Positions 59,452-64,000 of a stretch of 64,000 bases of DNA are shown piece by piece. Numbering within the stretch: position 1 is the stretch's first letter; the number at the start of each line of letters is the position of its first letter. The DNA lies in contig OZ024757.1 in NCBI GenBank assembly GCA_964016885.1, forward strand, positions 38,316,001 through 38,380,000, written 5' to 3'. Position numbers and translations under genes: made by a program. The notes beneath the pieces are model-generated. The model did not search any database. It was not told the DNA's origin and saw only the letters and a program-made list of their open reading frames with translations. The stretch comes from Eledone cirrhosa. Its lineage: Eukaryota.

Positions 59452-60050
59452 TTATTTATACTTTATTATATTCATATAACGAATTTAAACACGGAAGCAT
59501 GTTTTGGTATCGAATGTTCAGCTAAAAACGTGCGTCTTATACCCTTACTGAAGAATTGTGAATATGCATGAATATGAATTAAATGATGGCTAACCATGTT
59601 TAAGCAAAACAGCGAGACGGATAATAGAAATAATATAACATTCTTTTGCCTAGCTAAATGCTGAAAAATCTAAAAAGATGAATATATGTGTGATACCACT
59701 GAGAATATTATTTTGGACCATGGTCAACCGACATCAGAAATAACGGTTAGGCTCTTGAAGGAACCCAGAGAAGAAAACATAAAACACTCGAATTATTTAG
59801 GGATCTGTTTTGTGAAGGAAGATGAGAAACGTTTGAAAATTCATGTTACATCTTAGGGGAGACCTGATAGAATTATAAAGAATATTTTAATGAGTACACT
59901 ATTCCATGTAAATGTCAAGACCTAAACATATCAACATCAGTTCACTATACCAAGGACAAACACTTAGAAGTACAACTTTGGAGGAGATAAATCAAACGGG
60001 TGACATTTTAGAAATATTTAACATAATGAAAGGACTTCAAAATACAGTAT
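58090..60050 (+). mobile_element. Decayed CR1/L2 remnants (58090-58670; 59160-60050)
   Basis: RGDLIEL, ALEGTQRR and TTLEEINQTGDILEIFNIMKG motifs. Confidence 0.7.
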
Positions 60051-60482
60051 TGAGGAAGAAAATGTGTACTATGTATAAAAAAAACAATGTTCCTTACATT
60101 TATCCCAGGTATATGGAGGGATATTGCGATGTCCACTGTCTGTAAAATAATACAAGAAGGAAACCCCACCATCCAGTAAACCTTAGTAATAATCCAATAT
60201 CGTCTCAGCCGCCATTTACAGTAGATAATAATAATCGTATCAGCAAACCATGATGGCTCATTTTCAAGGACTCAACGTCATCTGCATCCTGACAAATGCG
60301 ATAAGGTAATCTGTTATTTTATCAATTTCGTCTTTTATTTATAAACGTTTATGTACGTATGTGTGTAGATACGTGTACGTATGTATATCTGTTTAAGCTT
60401 GTGTGTATATAAGTATTTATGATAATGTTGACCCCCTCACTTTATCATTACAACTACTATTAATAATTTTATCACTATTATT

Positions 60483-60940
60483 ACTAACTGGACCCGTGAA
60501 AAAATTCACGGATAATTTTTGAAATTTAAATATTGTCCAATGAATATTTATCAGTTAATCAAAGTTGTTTGATTTGCAGTATTTTTGATGAATAAACAAT
60601 TATATTTTCCTTTATTTTACGTATAATAATGTAAGTTTATTTAAAATTAATTTCATAAAAGTACACATAAAAAATATCCTTTAAATTACTTCCCTATATA
60701 CAATGTTTCTAGTAAAGGTGATTCCCCTTATGCGGCCATGGGTGGATTGGTTTTGAGGTATCCCTTTAACTCTCGCACTGTTCATCGCCCTGGCTCAAAG
60801 GCTGCTCTTCAATTATGGCATTTCGTCGCCGTTGAACTCTGTTTCTCATATTCTCTAGATAAATTACTATGTAATTACCGAAAGTGTGACACACACGGTC
60901 GGACGTACGGTACGTAGGTGTAATCGTATTAATATATAGA
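60483..60940 (+). mobile_element. Helentron-associated (HINE/DINE-1-like) non-autonomous element
   Basis: 5' actaac with hairpin ccgtgaa-aaaa-ttcacgg; 3' gacacacacgg...attaatatataga. Confidence 0.55.
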
Positions 60941-61304
60941 CTAGCTGAATAACTCGGCGTTGAGAGATAACCCACTCCCCCTTTATATTTATTATAACAC
61001 CCCTCACTCTCTATATATATATCTAACCCCCTCTCTCTAAATATATTGTAACCCGCTCTCTATATTTATATCTTAACCCTCCTTTCTCTATATTATAACC
61101 CCCCTCTCTATATATATTACAACCCATCTTTCTCTATAGTATAAACCCCTCTCTTTAAATATAGTATAACCCCTTCTCTATATATAACCCATCCCTCTCT
61201 CTATATTTTATTTCGCCGTAGATTGTGTTGATTAATTACCACCCAAATTCCATTGTTTTAGCACGTCTCACAGACGTCATTCGACTTTTATTTATATTAC
61301 TGAT
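60940..61304 (+). mobile_element. Second HINE/DINE-1-like element with an internal minisatellite
   Basis: 5' actagctgaataactcggcgttg; about 9 taacccc(tc)n-tata units; 3' cacagacg..cttttatttatattactgat. Confidence 0.6.
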
Positions 61305-61529
61305 ATTGAAATGGAGGGTCTGTGGCTTTTCTCACAGAAGTGAGAAAAACCACAGTCCCTCTATCTCAACTCGACTCCGAGACTCCAAGGAGTCAAGTGA
61401 CGATAATCCACCCCACCCCGTTCTTGCTTTCTTCTTACACTCATTCCTTTTTTAAGCACACACACACACACGCACACATATATATAACTTGCTAAATAAC
61501 AATTCCCACAACCCTATATTATATCGAAT

Positions 61530-61687
61530 TGGATTGGCAGTATCGTTAGAGGGTCTGACTCCATGCTTTGCAGTCTGAGTTCAAATCCTGCCGAGGTTAA
61601 CTTTGCCGTTCATCATTACGGTGTCGATAAAATAAAGTACCAGTAATGCACTGGTTTAATTGCTGGCCTTGTGCCAAAAGTAGAAAC
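61530..61687 (+). mobile_element. SINE family A
   Basis: Consensus match with a small internal deletion. Confidence 0.88.
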
Positions 61688-62099
61688 GTAAAGCTGCCGT
61701 CGGTGGGATTTGAACTCGGAGAGCAAAGAGACGGAATGACTACAATACATTTTAAGTATCGTTCTAAAAAAAAACTCTACAAAATCAGTGCCTTAACCAT
61801 TAAAGTACCAGCTAATATATATTCAGATCCATCTTAGCGTTTAGATTTCTGCGAAATTTCATCTAATAGCGTAACTTACATTTGATACTGCAGAGTAAAC
61901 ACACACACATAGCAAGTGATGGATATTTTAAACAAGAACACTTCAATGTTATGCTTCAGTGTGTGTCTCAGATGAATTATTGTTTTGAAGCCAAACAAAA
62001 CAATAGAAGAGAATTTAACTATAACATGACAGAAAATAACATATATATACACACATATATATATTTATAAATATATATACCCTCATATGTGTGCTTGTA

Positions 62100-62109
62100 T
62101 TTATTTATA

Positions 62110-62154
<45 letters not shown>

Positions 62155-62456
62155 ACATTGTGTGTGTGTGTGTGTGTGTGTGTACAAGCATATATATATA
62201 TATATATATATATAGAAGCATATATAAATATATATATACATATAAATGTTAAATATATATATATATATATACATATAAATGTTAAATATATATATATATA
62301 TATACATATAAATGTTAAATATATATATATATATATACATATAAATGTTAAATATATATATATATATATACATATAAATGTTAAATATACATATAAGCAT
62401 ATATAAATATATATATATATATATACATATTATAAATGTTAAATATACATATAAGC

Positions 62457-62489
<33 letters not shown>

Positions 62490-62520
62490 CATATTATAAA
62501 TGTTAAATATACATATAAGC

Positions 62521-62560
<40 letters not shown>

Positions 62561-62622
62561 AATGTTAAATATACATATAAGCATCTATAAATATATATAT
62601 ATATACATATTATAAATGTTAA
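62100..62622. repeat. TA-derived minisatellite (cat..taaatgttaaa(ta)n units)
   Basis: Direct inspection. Confidence 0.9.
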
Positions 62623-63020
62623 CAATATTACGATCAATAGAATAACACCAATAACAACAGGAGTTGAGGATACTTCTGGATATTTATTACAAATGTTTTA
62701 TGTTGTGTGTGTATGGGTGTGTGTATATATATATATATATATTTATTATTATTTCCTATATTCAGACAACATAACGTTCCTGTTGTTCAGTATCAGGGTG
62801 GGGTGGAATTTGTGCCTGGTAATATATATTATATTTATATATAAATGAATGTATGGCTATATAAATACATGTGTGCGTTTTTGTGTGTATATATGCATAT
62901 TTGTTTGTGTGTGTATATATACATAGATGAATATTCAAATGATGGGATTCTATAGATGTATATGTATGCATATAAATAAAGAGGGTGAGAGAGAGAGAAA
63001 GGAAAGAAAGAATGAGAGAT

Positions 63021-63053
<33 letters not shown>

Positions 63054-63524
63054 TATGTGTGTGTGTGTCTGTGTATACACACACACACACACAGGCGCGC
63101 GCACGCATTACATTTCTAGGACATGTGTAATAGTTTATGTGATTGCATGTGTAGTGTTGCGATGCATTCAAACGCATATAAAAACATTTTGTATTGCTGA
63201 AAGTCTTTCTCTGACTATATTTGTCAGCTGAAAGATATATTGGACAACGGCTGAAGGTGTTGTACAACACTCGAAATCATAAGGCAGCCATCTTGCCCTT
63301 AAGGCCAACAGCTATTAATCATAACTCATGCATCGTTATCCTTACATCAACAGGATATGATTTAGTACACATGAAAAGGTATTTGTGATTGAGGCGATAG
63401 TTTTAACAGAATGTTTGTAGCTTTCTCTACGTTTGTTGTAATATGATGCTGGTCTACACGAGCTTGTTGGCTTTCTTTTTCTATAAAAGGAAATCACTGT
63501 AAAGAATGATATACAGGCGGCCAT

Positions 63525-63632
63525 GGTTCAGGAACGGCCATGGTTTTGCACCTAAAATGTTTCCCTGCCAGACACAAGCCTAGGCAAGGTTTGTTTGGGG
63601 AAGACCGGCAGTCGTCCCGTGAGTACCAGACT
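63525..63632 (-). mobile_element. Interspersed retroposon fragment
   Basis: GC-richer block ccatgg..ttgcaccta..ggcaaggtttgttt..gaagacc.gcagtcg.cc, resembling a common octopus repeat (from memory). Confidence 0.4.
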
Positions 63633-63719
63633 GTGATGTTGATGTTGACGCTGTTGATGTTGTAGGCGATGGCGATGACGAAGACATTGGTTAAGATGGC
63701 GATGATGATGGTCGTCCTA

Positions 63720-63752
63720 GTATATATATATATATACATGTACAAATATAAC

Positions 63753-63797
<45 letters not shown>

Positions 63798-63854
63798 GTT
63801 ATCCCCGACTCAACCCGGGACCTACGTATATATATATATATGTACAAATATAAT

Positions 63855-63903
<49 letters not shown>

Positions 63904-64000
63904 CATGTACAAATATAATGTATATATATATATATACAAATATAATGTATATATATACATGTACAAATATAATGTATATATATATATACATGTACAAATA
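63720..64000. repeat. TA-derived repeat containing a family A tail fragment (63795-63826)
   Basis: gtggttatccccgactcaacccggg resembles gtggttacctccgattcaacccgga at ~3995-4020. Confidence 0.75.

Overview
AT-rich eukaryotic intergenic or intronic DNA. From memory the SINE families resemble those of octopod cephalopods; this is inference and no database search was run. No protein-coding gene can be supported. Nearly all supplied ORFs are translations of (TA)n-type microsatellites, and the rest are decayed CR1/L2 and Tc1/mariner remnants. The window holds kb-long interrupted (TA)n tracts, a 200-N gap, about 20 tRNA-derived SINE copies, RTE-like 3' ends, two Helentron/HINE-like elements, a 1.35-kb tandem duplication and a three-unit segmental amplification (~39.9-60.5 kb). 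The most interesting signals are: (1) several families of short non-coding elements with type I hammerhead ribozyme motifs, Penelope-pLTR/retrozyme-like, that sit in (TA)n as head-to-head fold-back dimers; (2) one complete hammerhead with a compensatory U3-A8 core at 3235-3328; (3) a ~1-kb TIR element built from an array of tRNA-like A/B-box units, in 3 copies; (4) a repeated TATA+Inr motif and a six-copy acceptor/exon/polyA module in the amplified region, possibly an unannotated small transcript family.
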